This document shows, piece after piece, positions 9,977 through 19,316 of a stretch of DNA of 64,000 nt. A program made the translations under genes and the position numbers. How positions within the stretch are numbered: the stretch's first letter is position 1; each line of letters starts with the position of its first letter. The DNA comes from Oscillospiraceae bacterium (GTDB lineage: Bacteria; Bacillota; Clostridia; Oscillospirales; Ruminococcaceae): NCBI GenBank assembly GCA_017512745.1, contig JAFWEV010000026.1, positions 11,377 to 75,376 on the forward strand. Reading direction: 5' to 3'. The notes beneath the pieces are model-generated. The model was not told where the DNA came from, ran no database searches, and was given only the letters and a program-made list of their open reading frames with translations.

Positions 9977-11257
9977 ATGTTAACGGATATGAACAGCGAT
10001 AAACTCGACAGAAAACACTATTCATTTACTATTCTCATTGCCCTGATCGTTCTTAAGATCGGAGCCGGAGCAGCTGCAGCATGCACAGCGAATTTCATTG
10101 CGCCTGTCGTTAAGGAATTCGGGTGTATGGTCAGTCAGTTTACTCTGATGACAAGCATAATGGCCGTATCGATGTCGCTGCTTTATACAACTGCTGCCAA
10201 TACGCTTAACCGCTTTCGGATAGGGCGCGTCATGGGAATCGCAGCGCTGTTTCAGACAATCGGAATTGCGATGCTCGCGACATACCATTCGATAGGTTGG
10301 TTTTATGTATCAGGCGTTATCATCGGTTCTTCCCAGGCATTTACCGGACTGGTGGCTACGCCGATCGTAGTCAATATGTGGTTTAAAAAGAAGACAGGGA
10401 CAGTTCTGGGTATCGTTATTGCCGTACAGCAGATATCTTCGGTGTGTTTCGGCCTGCTCACGGGACAACTGATCACCAGTTTCGGCTGGAGAATAGCGTA
10501 TGTTGTCCTGGCAGTCGTGATGGGGATCACGGTTCCGTTCCTGTTCATTCTTATGAAAAGTCCGGAAGAGGTTGGATGTGAACCGTTCGGTGCAGGAGAA
10601 GTTGTCGCTCAGGATCTTAAGGCAGGAAATAACAACAAGTGGGGACTGACTCTAAAAGAAGCTCTCAGAAAACCTGCTTTCTGGATCGCATGGCTGACAT
10701 GTCTTATGTACAGTTACGGAACAGGCGGCTTTACTCATTTCGCCTCATATTCGACACTTGAACTCGGAGAGAGCACCAACTTCGGAGCATGGGCGGGTAT
10801 GTGCATGAGTCTCGGAGGAATAGTATGCAGTCTGCTGCTCGGCAGGATCAATGACAGATTCGGAGTAAAAGCCGGACTTATCTGGGGCGCGTTTTTCTGC
10901 GCAGCCGGCTTCAGTATTGCAATCATTTCAAAGAACAGTCACTACCTTATATTCGCCGGAGCTTTTGTGACCGGTCTTGCATACAGTATGTATACGGTCC
11001 AGTGTCCGCTGATAGCGAGAAGTGTTGTAGGCGACAGGAACTACTCCGGTATATGGGCAGTCATGATGGTCGCAAACAGCCTCATAGGTGGAGGACTTTC
11101 GTTCACAATAGGACTTTTCTATGATAAGACGGGAACATATAGAGGAGCGTTCATCATGTGCATAGGAATGTTTATCGCTGCATTGATCACGGGATCCATA
11201 GCTGTGAATATGGCCAAACAATATAAAGATGAAAAAAGAATAAGCCTTCAGGAATGA
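9977..11257 (+). CDS. MFS transporter
   Basis: A polytopic membrane protein with an MFS-like two-halves layout. The ORF track begins at a TTG at 9920, but the ATG at 9977 has GAAAGG upstream and is the more likely start. Confidence 0.7.
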   Translation: MLTDMNSDKLDRKHYSFTILIALIVLKIGAGAAAACTANFIAPVVKEFGCMVSQFTLMTSIMAVSMSLLYTTAANTLNRFRIGRVMGIAALFQTIGIAMLATYHSIGWFYVSGVIIGSSQAFTGLVATPIVVNMWFKKKTGTVLGIVIAVQQISSVCFGLLTGQLITSFGWRIAYVVLAVVMGITVPFLFILMKSPEEVGCEPFGAGEVVAQDLKAGNNNKWGLTLKEALRKPAFWIAWLTCLMYSYGTGGFTHFASYSTLELGESTNFGAWAGMCMSLGGIVCSLLLGRINDRFGVKAGLIWGAFFCAAGFSIAIISKNSHYLIFAGAFVTGLAYSMYTVQCPLIARSVVGDRNYSGIWAVMMVANSLIGGGLSFTIGLFYDKTGTYRGAFIMCIGMFIAALITGSIAVNMAKQYKDEKRISLQE

Positions 11258-11339
11258 CGGCTTATTCCGGAAAATCACTGAAAACCGCTCGCTTCGGACA
11301 TCTGTGGGGATGTTGTCCAAGGCGGGCTTTTTGTCAGAG

Positions 11340-11537
11340 TCAGGAAATATGATTATATACGAATGCGCTCAGGATGAAGAAAACAAAGCTCAGAATCAGA
11401 CAGGCAACAAAAACGATGGCGGATTTTTTGCGCCTGGTGCTGTGCTTTTCACTGAAGAAAAAGAACGTGATAACTATAGGAAGAGCGCAGAAACAGGCCA
11501 TGGACAGAATAAAAAATACGGTCACCAGAGTGTTCAA
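11340..11537 (-). CDS. Possible small hydrophobic membrane protein (65 aa, TTG start)
   Basis: It has two to three hydrophobic segments and AAGGA about 13 nt upstream of the TTG on the minus strand. No family was recognised, and it overlaps other short ORFs. Confidence 0.25.
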   Translation of the reverse strand: MNTLVTVFFILSMACFCALPIVITFFFFSEKHSTRRKKSAIVFVACLILSFVFFILSAFVYNHIS

Positions 11538-11608
11538 GACAGCGTACCATCCTTGTCATCAGAGTTAAAAAATAAATGAGATCGAAATCATAGTCGCTTC
11601 TGACCAAA

Positions 11609-11637
11609 TTGACTTTGAATACAGTGTATTGTAGCAT
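11609..11637 (+). promoter_or_regulatory. Putative sigma-A promoter for the PrsA-like gene
   Basis: TTGACT, a 17-nt spacer, then TAGCAT (followed by AAT), about 30 nt upstream of the ATG at 11667. Confidence 0.3.
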
Positions 11638-11666
11638 AATATTATTCAGTTATCAGGTATTTTCAG

Positions 11667-12872
11667 ATGAGTAAAAACAAAAATATCAATATTCAAGAGA
11701 GTTCTTCAGTGAATCCCGAAAGTAAAAACAATACTTTGGAGGAGGCACTGTCAGCAAAAAAGAAATCTGCCGGGAATACGGCAGCCGTTTCTGCCGATTC
11801 GAAAAAAAAGAGCGATAAAAAGAAGAAAACCGCAAAGATCGCTGCGATAGTACTGGCTTCTGTCGCAGGCGTATTTCTTATGATATTTATCTGGATGAAA
11901 GCATATGCCCCGGAAATGCTGACGGGCTTTTTCAACAACCCTCTCAAATCCGGAAAGACAATAATGACGGTCAACGGCAATGAGATAAGTTCAGAAGAAT
12001 ATCTGAGCTATCTGATGCCTGTAAAAAAGGTGTTTGAAGATCAGTACGGAGCGGGAGTCTGGGGCAATAACCCGGATCTGGAGAAAAAGCTGATCGAATC
12101 TGTTGAAGACTATGTTGTTTCACAGTATGTGCTTCTTGCATGGGCGGAGGAATACGGGATCACCATAGACGGAGTTACCGAAGAGGAATTCGGTGAGCAG
12201 AAACAGAATATCATTGCTCAGTTCGGGAGTGAAGCCGGTTACAAGGCAGCGCTAAAAGAACTGTATACAACGGAAGAGGTATACGATCTGCAGATTAAGC
12301 AGGATATCGTTATCACAAAATTGAGCAAAGCGATTGCCGAAGCTGATGACAGTTATTTCGTCGTAAGTGATGACGATGTCAGAGAGTATTATGAATCCAA
12401 CGGCCTTTACACTATAAAACATATTCTTTTCTCAATAGCAGACTCTTCTATAGAAGATGTAAAAAAGAAGGCGGATACCGCTGACGAAGTGCTTGCCGAG
12501 ATTCTCGGCGGAGCGGATTTTGACACTTTGGCAAAACTCTATTCAGATGATCAGGAACAGACCGATTACTCCAAAGGATATATATGTGCACCGGGCGCAC
12601 AGGAACCCGAATTGGAGAAAGCGGCACTGTCTATTGGAACTGACGAAGTCTACCCTGAAGTCGTCGTAGCAACTTACGGGTATCATATAGTCAAACGTAT
12701 CGATCCGTCCAATGAACTGCTTCATGCAGAACTGGACGATATCATACTTGATGGAAGGGTACAGGCAAAAAAGGATGAGATCAGAAACAGGATCAGTGTC
12801 ACATATTGTTCCAATTATGATGATATAACCATCTCGTTTATCGATTACCTCGCAAAACAGACAAAGAACTGA
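11667..12872 (+). CDS. Membrane-anchored parvulin-type peptidyl-prolyl isomerase (PrsA/SurA-like foldase)
   Basis: A Lys-rich N-terminus is followed by a TM helix (IAAIVLASVAGVFLMIFIW). The PpiC-type domain reads YTIKHILF...GADFDTLAKLYSDD...YGYHIVKR. Confidence 0.75.
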   Translation: MSKNKNINIQESSSVNPESKNNTLEEALSAKKKSAGNTAAVSADSKKKSDKKKKTAKIAAIVLASVAGVFLMIFIWMKAYAPEMLTGFFNNPLKSGKTIMTVNGNEISSEEYLSYLMPVKKVFEDQYGAGVWGNNPDLEKKLIESVEDYVVSQYVLLAWAEEYGITIDGVTEEEFGEQKQNIIAQFGSEAGYKAALKELYTTEEVYDLQIKQDIVITKLSKAIAEADDSYFVVSDDDVREYYESNGLYTIKHILFSIADSSIEDVKKKADTADEVLAEILGGADFDTLAKLYSDDQEQTDYSKGYICAPGAQEPELEKAALSIGTDEVYPEVVVATYGYHIVKRIDPSNELLHAELDDIILDGRVQAKKDEIRNRISVTYCSNYDDITISFIDYLAKQTKN

Positions 12873-12921
12873 CAGTATCAGCCAGTGCTGATTATACAGT
12901 CAAGATATGAGGATCCGAAAA

Positions 12922-13884
12922 ATGAATAGAACCGATAACGATAATAATTACATAGTCTGTGTGGGTTCCGCACTGGTGGATTGTATTGTTAAAGGATTTG
13001 ACCCCGAGCCGATTTCGGCATCGGGTTTTTTTGCTGCATCCGCGGAACTGTCAACAGGAGGAGAAGCTCTTAATCAGGCTGTCGCATTTACAAAGATGGG
13101 AAAGAAGGTCCGGATAGTCTGTTTTACGGGAGAAGATCACGCAGGGAATATAGTTGACAGCACTCTGAAACAGCATGGTATAGACATATCGTTTGTGAGA
13201 AAAGTACCCGAAGAGCATACACCTGTTGCTCTCATATTCACCGATGATACCGGAGACAGAAAGTCCGTCACCAATTCAGCTCACAGGTATAATTTTCATC
13301 CGGAGAGAGACATGTCGTATATGGACGGAGCTGCTGCCGTATCTCTCGGTTCGCTCTTCAGGGCTCCGTTTGACGATCCGCAGGTTGTTTATGAGATAGT
13401 AAGCGAAGCGAAAAAGAGAGGGCTTCCGGTATACGCGGATACAAAGCTGCTCATACTGAGCAGGTTATCGCTGGAGGATTTCAGGGATTCACTGTCGATG
13501 ATAGACTGCATATTCCCCAATGAGAAAGAGGGACGTTTCTATTCGGGGAAAGATGATCCGGAAGGGATGGCGGACGGATTTCTCAAATACGGAGTGAAGA
13601 GTGTCATAGTCAAGCTGGGATCTGAGGGATGTCTTTACAAAGACGGTGAAATGACGATAAGACTTCCCGGGCTTCCTGTTACAGCGGTAGACGCTACCGG
13701 AGCGGGAGATAATTTCGCCGCCGGGTTTATCTCGATGAGATCCGAGGGCAGAAGTATTGAAGAGTCGCTTCGCTTTGCAAACACGTGCGGGGCGCTGAGC
13801 ACGACCGTCATAGGTTCTGCCGGAGGAGTCAGAGACAGATCTCAGGTATTTGAGGCAATGGCGGCATTCTATGACCGATCATAG
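12922..13884 (+). CDS. PfkB-family carbohydrate kinase
   Basis: Contains VCVGSALVD...GGEALNQAVA and DATGAGDNFAAGF. GAGGA at 12909-12913 favours the ATG at 12922 over 12907. Confidence 0.8.
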   Translation: MNRTDNDNNYIVCVGSALVDCIVKGFDPEPISASGFFAASAELSTGGEALNQAVAFTKMGKKVRIVCFTGEDHAGNIVDSTLKQHGIDISFVRKVPEEHTPVALIFTDDTGDRKSVTNSAHRYNFHPERDMSYMDGAAAVSLGSLFRAPFDDPQVVYEIVSEAKKRGLPVYADTKLLILSRLSLEDFRDSLSMIDCIFPNEKEGRFYSGKDDPEGMADGFLKYGVKSVIVKLGSEGCLYKDGEMTIRLPGLPVTAVDATGAGDNFAAGFISMRSEGRSIEESLRFANTCGALSTTVIGSAGGVRDRSQVFEAMAAFYDRS

Positions 13885-15130
13885 TGAGTATACAGATCAT
13901 CAGATAAGGAGGAGAACGGATTTGGGAAAAGAACAGTATGAAAATTCCTTGAGCAGACAGGTGCGAACTCTCGATGAGCTTGCGGAGATACAGGTACGGA
14001 AATGCTTTGATCTCGACAAACTGCGCAGGGTCCTCGACGAGAAGAAAGCATCAGCCATCAAACGGGTGATCATCGTCGGATGCGGTGATTCATATTCTGC
14101 GGCCGGTGCGATGTCATCGGGATTCAGGAAGCTCTCCGGTATCAGAAAAGTAAACACCCCTGACCCTATGGATTTCTGCAGATTCTATCCTGCAAACAGA
14201 ATCCTGAGAGAGTGTTTGCCTGAAGAAGCGCTTTTTATCGGACTAAGCGCATCCGGATCATCTGCCAGAGTCGCGGAAGCTCTGGAAAAAGCGAATAAAA
14301 ACGGGCTGTACACCTTACTGATCACCCGGAAACCGGAATCACTGTGCGGAAAAGCGGCGGATGCATGTCTGGATGTTGAGACACCTGAGGGATGCAATAC
14401 ACCGGGACTCAGATCATATTATGCCTCCCTTGTCGCGCTTGCAGCGGTTGCTGCCTATCTAGGGAAAAGCAACGGGAACCTGTCGGAAGAAGAGTTCTAC
14501 GATGCAGGGGCTTCCATTGCCGCATATACAAGAGATTTCATGAAGGATATCGATCGCATAGAAGACCAGATGTTCGACCTTGCATGTGAACTGAAGGACT
14601 ATACCAAATTTGAAGTGATCGCCGACTGGAACGAGGGATATTCCGCTCAGTTCATTGAACAGAAATTTATAGAGTGCAGCGGTGTTTACTGCGATCACAC
14701 GACAAGTGAGGAGTTTGCGCATATAAGTATGATGCACAGGCTCCCGAACGAGATCGTGACAATGGTGCTGATAAACAAAGCAGACCTGAGCCTGAGCAGG
14801 ATGAAGGACACTGTCAACGGATCAGTCATTCTGGGAAGGCCGACTATTGTTGTAACTGACTGTGAGGCTTCCGAGTTTGAGGAGAAGAAGGCTTTTGATC
14901 CGGATTCGATCAACTCGCTCTACAAACCTGCAGTAGGATCTGGCCTGGTCATGGCGGAGACTGACGCTAAGCCTGTGATATGTAAGATAGCTGAAGCACC
15001 CGAACAGTGGATGTCGCCATTTGTGGATTATATACCCGGAGCACTGCTGGCATCTTATCATGCAGCTCTGAATGAGACATTCTTCTTTGCCGGTACATAT
15101 GATTTTCGCAATGAGATCTCAGTCGGATGA
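13871..15130 (+). CDS. Double SIS-domain sugar-phosphate isomerase/deglycase-like protein (GlmS-isomerase/FrlB/AgaS superfamily)
   Basis: Contains VIIVGCGDSYSAAGAM and LSASGSSARVAEALEKANKNG (SIS motifs). The start overlaps the kinase stop. Confidence 0.7.
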   Translation: MTDHSEYTDHQIRRRTDLGKEQYENSLSRQVRTLDELAEIQVRKCFDLDKLRRVLDEKKASAIKRVIIVGCGDSYSAAGAMSSGFRKLSGIRKVNTPDPMDFCRFYPANRILRECLPEEALFIGLSASGSSARVAEALEKANKNGLYTLLITRKPESLCGKAADACLDVETPEGCNTPGLRSYYASLVALAAVAAYLGKSNGNLSEEEFYDAGASIAAYTRDFMKDIDRIEDQMFDLACELKDYTKFEVIADWNEGYSAQFIEQKFIECSGVYCDHTTSEEFAHISMMHRLPNEIVTMVLINKADLSLSRMKDTVNGSVILGRPTIVVTDCEASEFEEKKAFDPDSINSLYKPAVGSGLVMAETDAKPVICKIAEAPEQWMSPFVDYIPGALLASYHAALNETFFFAGTYDFRNEISVG

Positions 15131-15149
15131 AGGAGGGAGGACCTGAACT

Positions 15150-16316
15150 ATGTTTAAGAAAATGAAAACGGAGAAGAATTACAGGCCTTTTTATTTCCAG
15201 GATTCTTTCCATGCCCAGTGCGTAGATGTTGATACACTGACCCTGATTCAGTTTGACAGATCGTATTCCAGCATACAGAACATTCTGTCTCTTCCGATAC
15301 TCAGGAAATTCAAACACATCATTGTTTCCGGGTGTGGAGATTCCAACATTGCGACATTCTGCCTCAAGGAAGCCTTTGAAAGGTATCTGCCGGATGTGTG
15401 GTTCGAGGCTGTAGAATCCATCGAGCTTAGCCGTCATTATGAATTTGCCGAGGATAATTCTGACACTGTGGCGATATTTGTCAGTTTTTCCGGAGGCGTA
15501 TTCAGAACGACAGAGGCTTTGCTCCAGTGCAGAAAGCATGGAGTATTCACCATCGCACAGACGAGTCACCCCGATTCAGAGATGGCCAAAGAGGCGGATG
15601 TCCTTTATTTCACAGATACTCCCGAAGGAGACAACCATGCCGGATTGAGAACTTTTTACAGCAACATAATAGCGGGTATCATCTTCGCTGCTTCCGTCGC
15701 AGAGATCAGAACCGGCAATTCCTATATACCCGAATTGAGGGAACAGGTAAGCAGGTATCATGACGCATTCTTTAAAGAATTTGAGGAAATTGATCTCAGC
15801 TGTTTCAGAACAGCGATCCATTGGCTCGATAAGAAATATCTTGAGGTCGTTGCAGACGGACCGCTCTTCTGGTCCGGCAGATTTGTACAGGCTAAGATAG
15901 TTGAGCTGTCCGGAGATGTCTGTTCCACCATTGACAGCGAGAATTTCTTCCATGTCAACCAGTTTATCCGTCCGGGCGAAGATATAGGAGAGATGGTGAT
16001 TCTCGACGGCAACGACCCGAATGCCGATGCGATCACCGGAGCTGTAAATATTATGACAGACCAGGGAAAAGAGGTTTTCCTGATGTCTGACAAAACGCCG
16101 GACGAACTCGGGATAAAAGGAGAAGTCGCATATTGTCATATGCCTTTCCCGGACAGGGAATGGGATTTTCTCAAAGTCATATACGGATATCTTCCGGGAT
16201 CCATTTTTGCGGGATACAGACACACAACTCTCGGTGAACCCATGTTCAGGGGAGGACAGGAGCCCGACGTATTTATTCCGATGTATTTCTCCCCCATAGA
16301 TGTCGTAGACAGATAA
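15150..16316 (+). CDS. Second double SIS-domain protein (paralogous class)
   Basis: Contains IIVSGCGDSNIATF and VSFSGGVFRTTEALLQCRKHG. Confidence 0.7.
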   Translation: MFKKMKTEKNYRPFYFQDSFHAQCVDVDTLTLIQFDRSYSSIQNILSLPILRKFKHIIVSGCGDSNIATFCLKEAFERYLPDVWFEAVESIELSRHYEFAEDNSDTVAIFVSFSGGVFRTTEALLQCRKHGVFTIAQTSHPDSEMAKEADVLYFTDTPEGDNHAGLRTFYSNIIAGIIFAASVAEIRTGNSYIPELREQVSRYHDAFFKEFEEIDLSCFRTAIHWLDKKYLEVVADGPLFWSGRFVQAKIVELSGDVCSTIDSENFFHVNQFIRPGEDIGEMVILDGNDPNADAITGAVNIMTDQGKEVFLMSDKTPDELGIKGEVAYCHMPFPDREWDFLKVIYGYLPGSIFAGYRHTTLGEPMFRGGQEPDVFIPMYFSPIDVVDR

Positions 16317-16350
16317 AAAGATATATATAAGATAGGAGTAGTAATTAAAA

Positions 16351-16824
16351 ATGAAAAAACTGGCTATCGCCGCTGAGGCTTCCGCATTCCATCTGAAGGT
16401 GAAACTGGTGGAATTCATGAAAGAAAAAGGATATGATTTCACAGACCTGACCGGAGAAAGCATGATGTCATACATAGAGGCAGGAAAAGCTGTCGGCGAG
16501 GGAGTGTCATCCGGCAAATATGATATAGCTGTCGTCCTTTGCGGCTCAGGCATGGGTGTAAACCTTGTTGCAAACAGATATCCCGGAGTTTACTGCGGAC
16601 TCTGTGAGAGCTACGACACAGCCAGAATGGCAAGAACCATAACGAACTGCAATGTGCTGGCGATGGGAGGAAATTTCATCGCATATACTTTGGCCTGCAG
16701 GATGCTGGAAGTCTTTGTTGAAACCGAGTTCACCGAAGATATGGATCCCGAACTTGCATCAGCTCTAAAAAATTGGTATGCGGACATGAACAAGCTGGAT
16801 ATGGAGCTCCACAATAAAGGCTGA
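16351..16824 (+). CDS. rpiB: RpiB/LacA/LacB-family sugar-phosphate isomerase
   Basis: Contains VVLCGSGMGVNLVANRYPGVYCGLC...ARMARTITNCNVLAMGG, and the size is about 150 aa. Confidence 0.8.
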   Translation: MKKLAIAAEASAFHLKVKLVEFMKEKGYDFTDLTGESMMSYIEAGKAVGEGVSSGKYDIAVVLCGSGMGVNLVANRYPGVYCGLCESYDTARMARTITNCNVLAMGGNFIAYTLACRMLEVFVETEFTEDMDPELASALKNWYADMNKLDMELHNKG

Positions 16825-16849
16825 TAAGAAAAAGAGATAACAAAAATAC

Positions 16850-16888
16850 AGGATTCATGTAGCATATCTGCACATGGATCCTTTTTGC
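16850..16888. terminator. Bidirectional terminator between convergent rpiB and yesL-like genes
   Basis: An 11-bp stem AGGATTCATGT / ACATGGATCCT (one G-U pair) is followed by TTTT and preceded by an A-rich tract. Confidence 0.65.
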
Positions 16889-16916
16889 TTATATGAGCAA
16901 ACTCTTACCGGTAAGC

Positions 16917-17543
16917 TTATTGATTGTATTTTGCCAGACAGTGCTTGATGATCATAGCATCGGCATAGGTGACCAGTGAGAATACGATCAAGCCCCAGAC
17001 AGGCAGATAAAACGCGGCGATCTGTGGGAAGAAGAACAGCACTGCGAACGGAGCTGCATTCAATATCACCATGAGTATCGTTAGCGGCAGATTTGATACA
17101 GCCAGATAAAAGGAATAGGCGAGAAGCTGCTTAACGGGCTGGTCGTTCATGGCGATAAGCGGAAACAGGTAAGAAGATAGCGCTATGACCACAACAAAAA
17201 CAAAAACAAGAAGGACCTGGATATAAGTGCCGCCCGGTATGGCTGCAGCCGAACCGGCGGTATTTGTTATGAACAGGTAATCGGTAAGAATAAGAGCAGT
17301 CATAACAAGAACGACCGACCACGGCAGAAGCGTTTTCTTCAGCTTGCCGGCAAATGTGCTGAAAAACACCTCCAGGGAAGAACTGCTGTCTTCGATCACA
17401 TTGGATATCATCTGGTAAAGTGCAGCCCATGATGCACCTGCTGTAACAAGAGGTATGCAGCAGATGATAAACAGCACATTGTACATTATCAGATTGAACA
17501 TTGTACTGAGCATTTTGAATAGGAAGGAATCGGGCTTGAACAT
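16917..17543 (-). CDS. YesL-family (DUF624) membrane protein
   Basis: The N-terminus FNLIMYNVLFIICCIPLVTAGASWAALYQM is characteristic of DUF624 proteins that accompany sugar ABC importers. Confidence 0.75.
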   Translation of the reverse strand: MFKPDSFLFKMLSTMFNLIMYNVLFIICCIPLVTAGASWAALYQMISNVIEDSSSSLEVFFSTFAGKLKKTLLPWSVVLVMTALILTDYLFITNTAGSAAAIPGGTYIQVLLVFVFVVVIALSSYLFPLIAMNDQPVKQLLAYSFYLAVSNLPLTILMVILNAAPFAVLFFFPQIAAFYLPVWGLIVFSLVTYADAMIIKHCLAKYNQ

Positions 17544-17786
17544 GGGATCACCTGAACAAAAGAGTGTTTTTGCCGAATCGATTTGTTTTATTATAACATC
17601 TCAAAAATATTTGACGCTGAAAAAAGCATATTATTTCACAATAGAAACTGAACTATGCATTTTTAACAATAAAAGCCGCAAATTTTATACACAGTCACTA
17701 TATCATATTTATTGAAGTTTCCTATAAAATATAAGTGTATTTGGCTTTGTATGTGCCAAAAAATAAAAATTTGGAAGAGGTATAAC

Positions 17787-19214
17787 ATGAAGGGAAAACA
17801 GTTACTGGCTCTTTTGCTTGCTGCTGTAATGATGCTTGGAATCCTTGCCGGATGCGGTGGCTCCGGAAATGAAACTCCTGCACCTGCATCTACTCCGGAT
17901 TCATCATCCGAGGGCGGCGAAGCAACAAACGACATCTCCGGAAAGTCTATTATTTTGATTTCATCTGCGAGATCTTATGACGGAATGGATGATGCGTATC
18001 AGGCAGCTTGTAAGCAGTTTTACGATGAGACTGGTTGTGAAGTCACAACACAGTTCAACGGAAACTTTACAGAGCTGATCCAGACATTCCAGGCAGCAAA
18101 GATCTCTGGCGCAACATATGATATGAGTTCTCTTGGTTCAGGAAACCTCCATCAGGCAGTTGCGAAGTCCGGAATGGTTATGGACATCACTCCGCTTGCA
18201 CAACAGCTCAAAGGCAGAATTGTTGAAGGCGGTATTGAGCAGCACACGATTGACGGACATACCTTCGGTATCCCGTTCAGCGGTGTATCCACCATGGGAT
18301 TCTTTGTAAACAGAACCATGCTTGACGAGCTCGGACTCGACCTCCAGAACGGCTACACATATGATGAACTCAAGGCAGTTGCCGATGCAGTCAAGGCTGC
18401 AAAGGGCTTTACAGCTGTTGTTCACTGTGGCGCTGACTGGTGGTGGTGGCCGTCTTGGTTCTTTACCACATTTGCTCAGGAGACACACAATGACTCCATC
18501 AATCAGATCGAAGAATGGCTGAAGGGCAACAGGAGCATGGAGCAGGAAGATGCTATCAATGCTTTCAATGATATCCTTAAGTTCTTCCAGGATGGAATCA
18601 TGGATGCTGATTCACTCCAGTATGACGGAACTTCCGTGGCAGCTCTCTTTGCTCAGCAGAAATGCTTAGGCTTCTTTGCTTCTGCAACAAACATCAAGAA
18701 TGTCGGCGATGTTGACTTTGACGTTGACTATCTCACATATCCTGTAATGGTTGAAGGAGCTATTGCTCAGTCTTCCGGCGGTGCTGACGAAGGTATCAAC
18801 ATTCTTACACTCGGAGATCCCGCAAACGTTGCAGCTTCTGCAAAGTTCATCGAGTTCATGACAAGACCGGAAGTCAATGGCCCGATCATGCAGCTCAGCG
18901 GAAACTTCGGATACGCAGTAAAGGGTGTTGACGGAGTTGAGTCTCAGATCTCTGATGAGGCATTCGAACTCTACACAGACAACACAATCATGTATCTTGA
19001 CTGGTTCTGGGCAGCAGAGCACAACGATGCAGTCGTTAAGGCGATCCAGGGCCTCGTAGCTCAGGAAATCGACGGTGCAGAAGCAGCAAAGCGCGTTCAG
19101 GACAACTGGCAGCAGACTGTTGATGAGAATGATTATTCTTATGAATGGTGGAATTCCGATTCTTGGAGTTGGGATGCTGTTGCAATGCCGTATGAGGTAG
19201 ATCTCGGACTTTGA
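17787..19214 (+). CDS. ABC sugar transporter substrate-binding lipoprotein
   Basis: The ATG at 17787 follows GGAAGAGG. The signal peptide has a lipobox (LGILAGC) and a Ser/Gly/Glu linker, and the fold is the family-1 solute-binding type. Confidence 0.85.
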   Translation: MKGKQLLALLLAAVMMLGILAGCGGSGNETPAPASTPDSSSEGGEATNDISGKSIILISSARSYDGMDDAYQAACKQFYDETGCEVTTQFNGNFTELIQTFQAAKISGATYDMSSLGSGNLHQAVAKSGMVMDITPLAQQLKGRIVEGGIEQHTIDGHTFGIPFSGVSTMGFFVNRTMLDELGLDLQNGYTYDELKAVADAVKAAKGFTAVVHCGADWWWWPSWFFTTFAQETHNDSINQIEEWLKGNRSMEQEDAINAFNDILKFFQDGIMDADSLQYDGTSVAALFAQQKCLGFFASATNIKNVGDVDFDVDYLTYPVMVEGAIAQSSGGADEGINILTLGDPANVAASAKFIEFMTRPEVNGPIMQLSGNFGYAVKGVDGVESQISDEAFELYTDNTIMYLDWFWAAEHNDAVVKAIQGLVAQEIDGAEAAKRVQDNWQQTVDENDYSYEWWNSDSWSWDAVAMPYEVDLGL

Positions 19215-19251
19215 TTTTGACAATTAGTGTCAAAAGTTTTATGTAAGTTTT

Positions 19252-19290
19252 TTCTGCCACTCACCACAGGGTGGGTGGCAGAACTTTTTA
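19252..19290 (+). terminator. Intra-operon hairpin/attenuating terminator after the binding-protein gene
   Basis: A 14-bp stem TTCTGCCACTCACC / GGTGGGTGGCAGAA has loop ACAG and is followed by CTTTTT. Confidence 0.7.
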
Positions 19291-19316
19291 AAAACCAGGT
19301 GGAGGTAGGCGAATAG

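Noticed and set aside
11304-11637. Several mutually overlapping 60-90-aa ORFs on both strands between the MFS and PrsA-like genes.
   Set aside because: Only the hydrophobic minus-strand 65-aa ORF (11340-11537) has any plausibility, and I list it at low confidence. The others are hydrophilic, low-complexity and lack start context.
15576-16553. A 325-aa minus-strand ORF. Similar long antisense ORFs lie at 25078-25743, 26005-26832, 31462-32214, 32397-33101, 45855-46451, 49012-49839, 51123-51932, 53491-54243, 54584-55411, 58333-59265, 59024-59896 and 63290-63937.
   Set aside because: All lie antisense to confidently assigned genes with clear family motifs. They lack RBS context and translate to compositionally odd sequences. 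They are typical shadow ORFs of the higher-GC part of the window.
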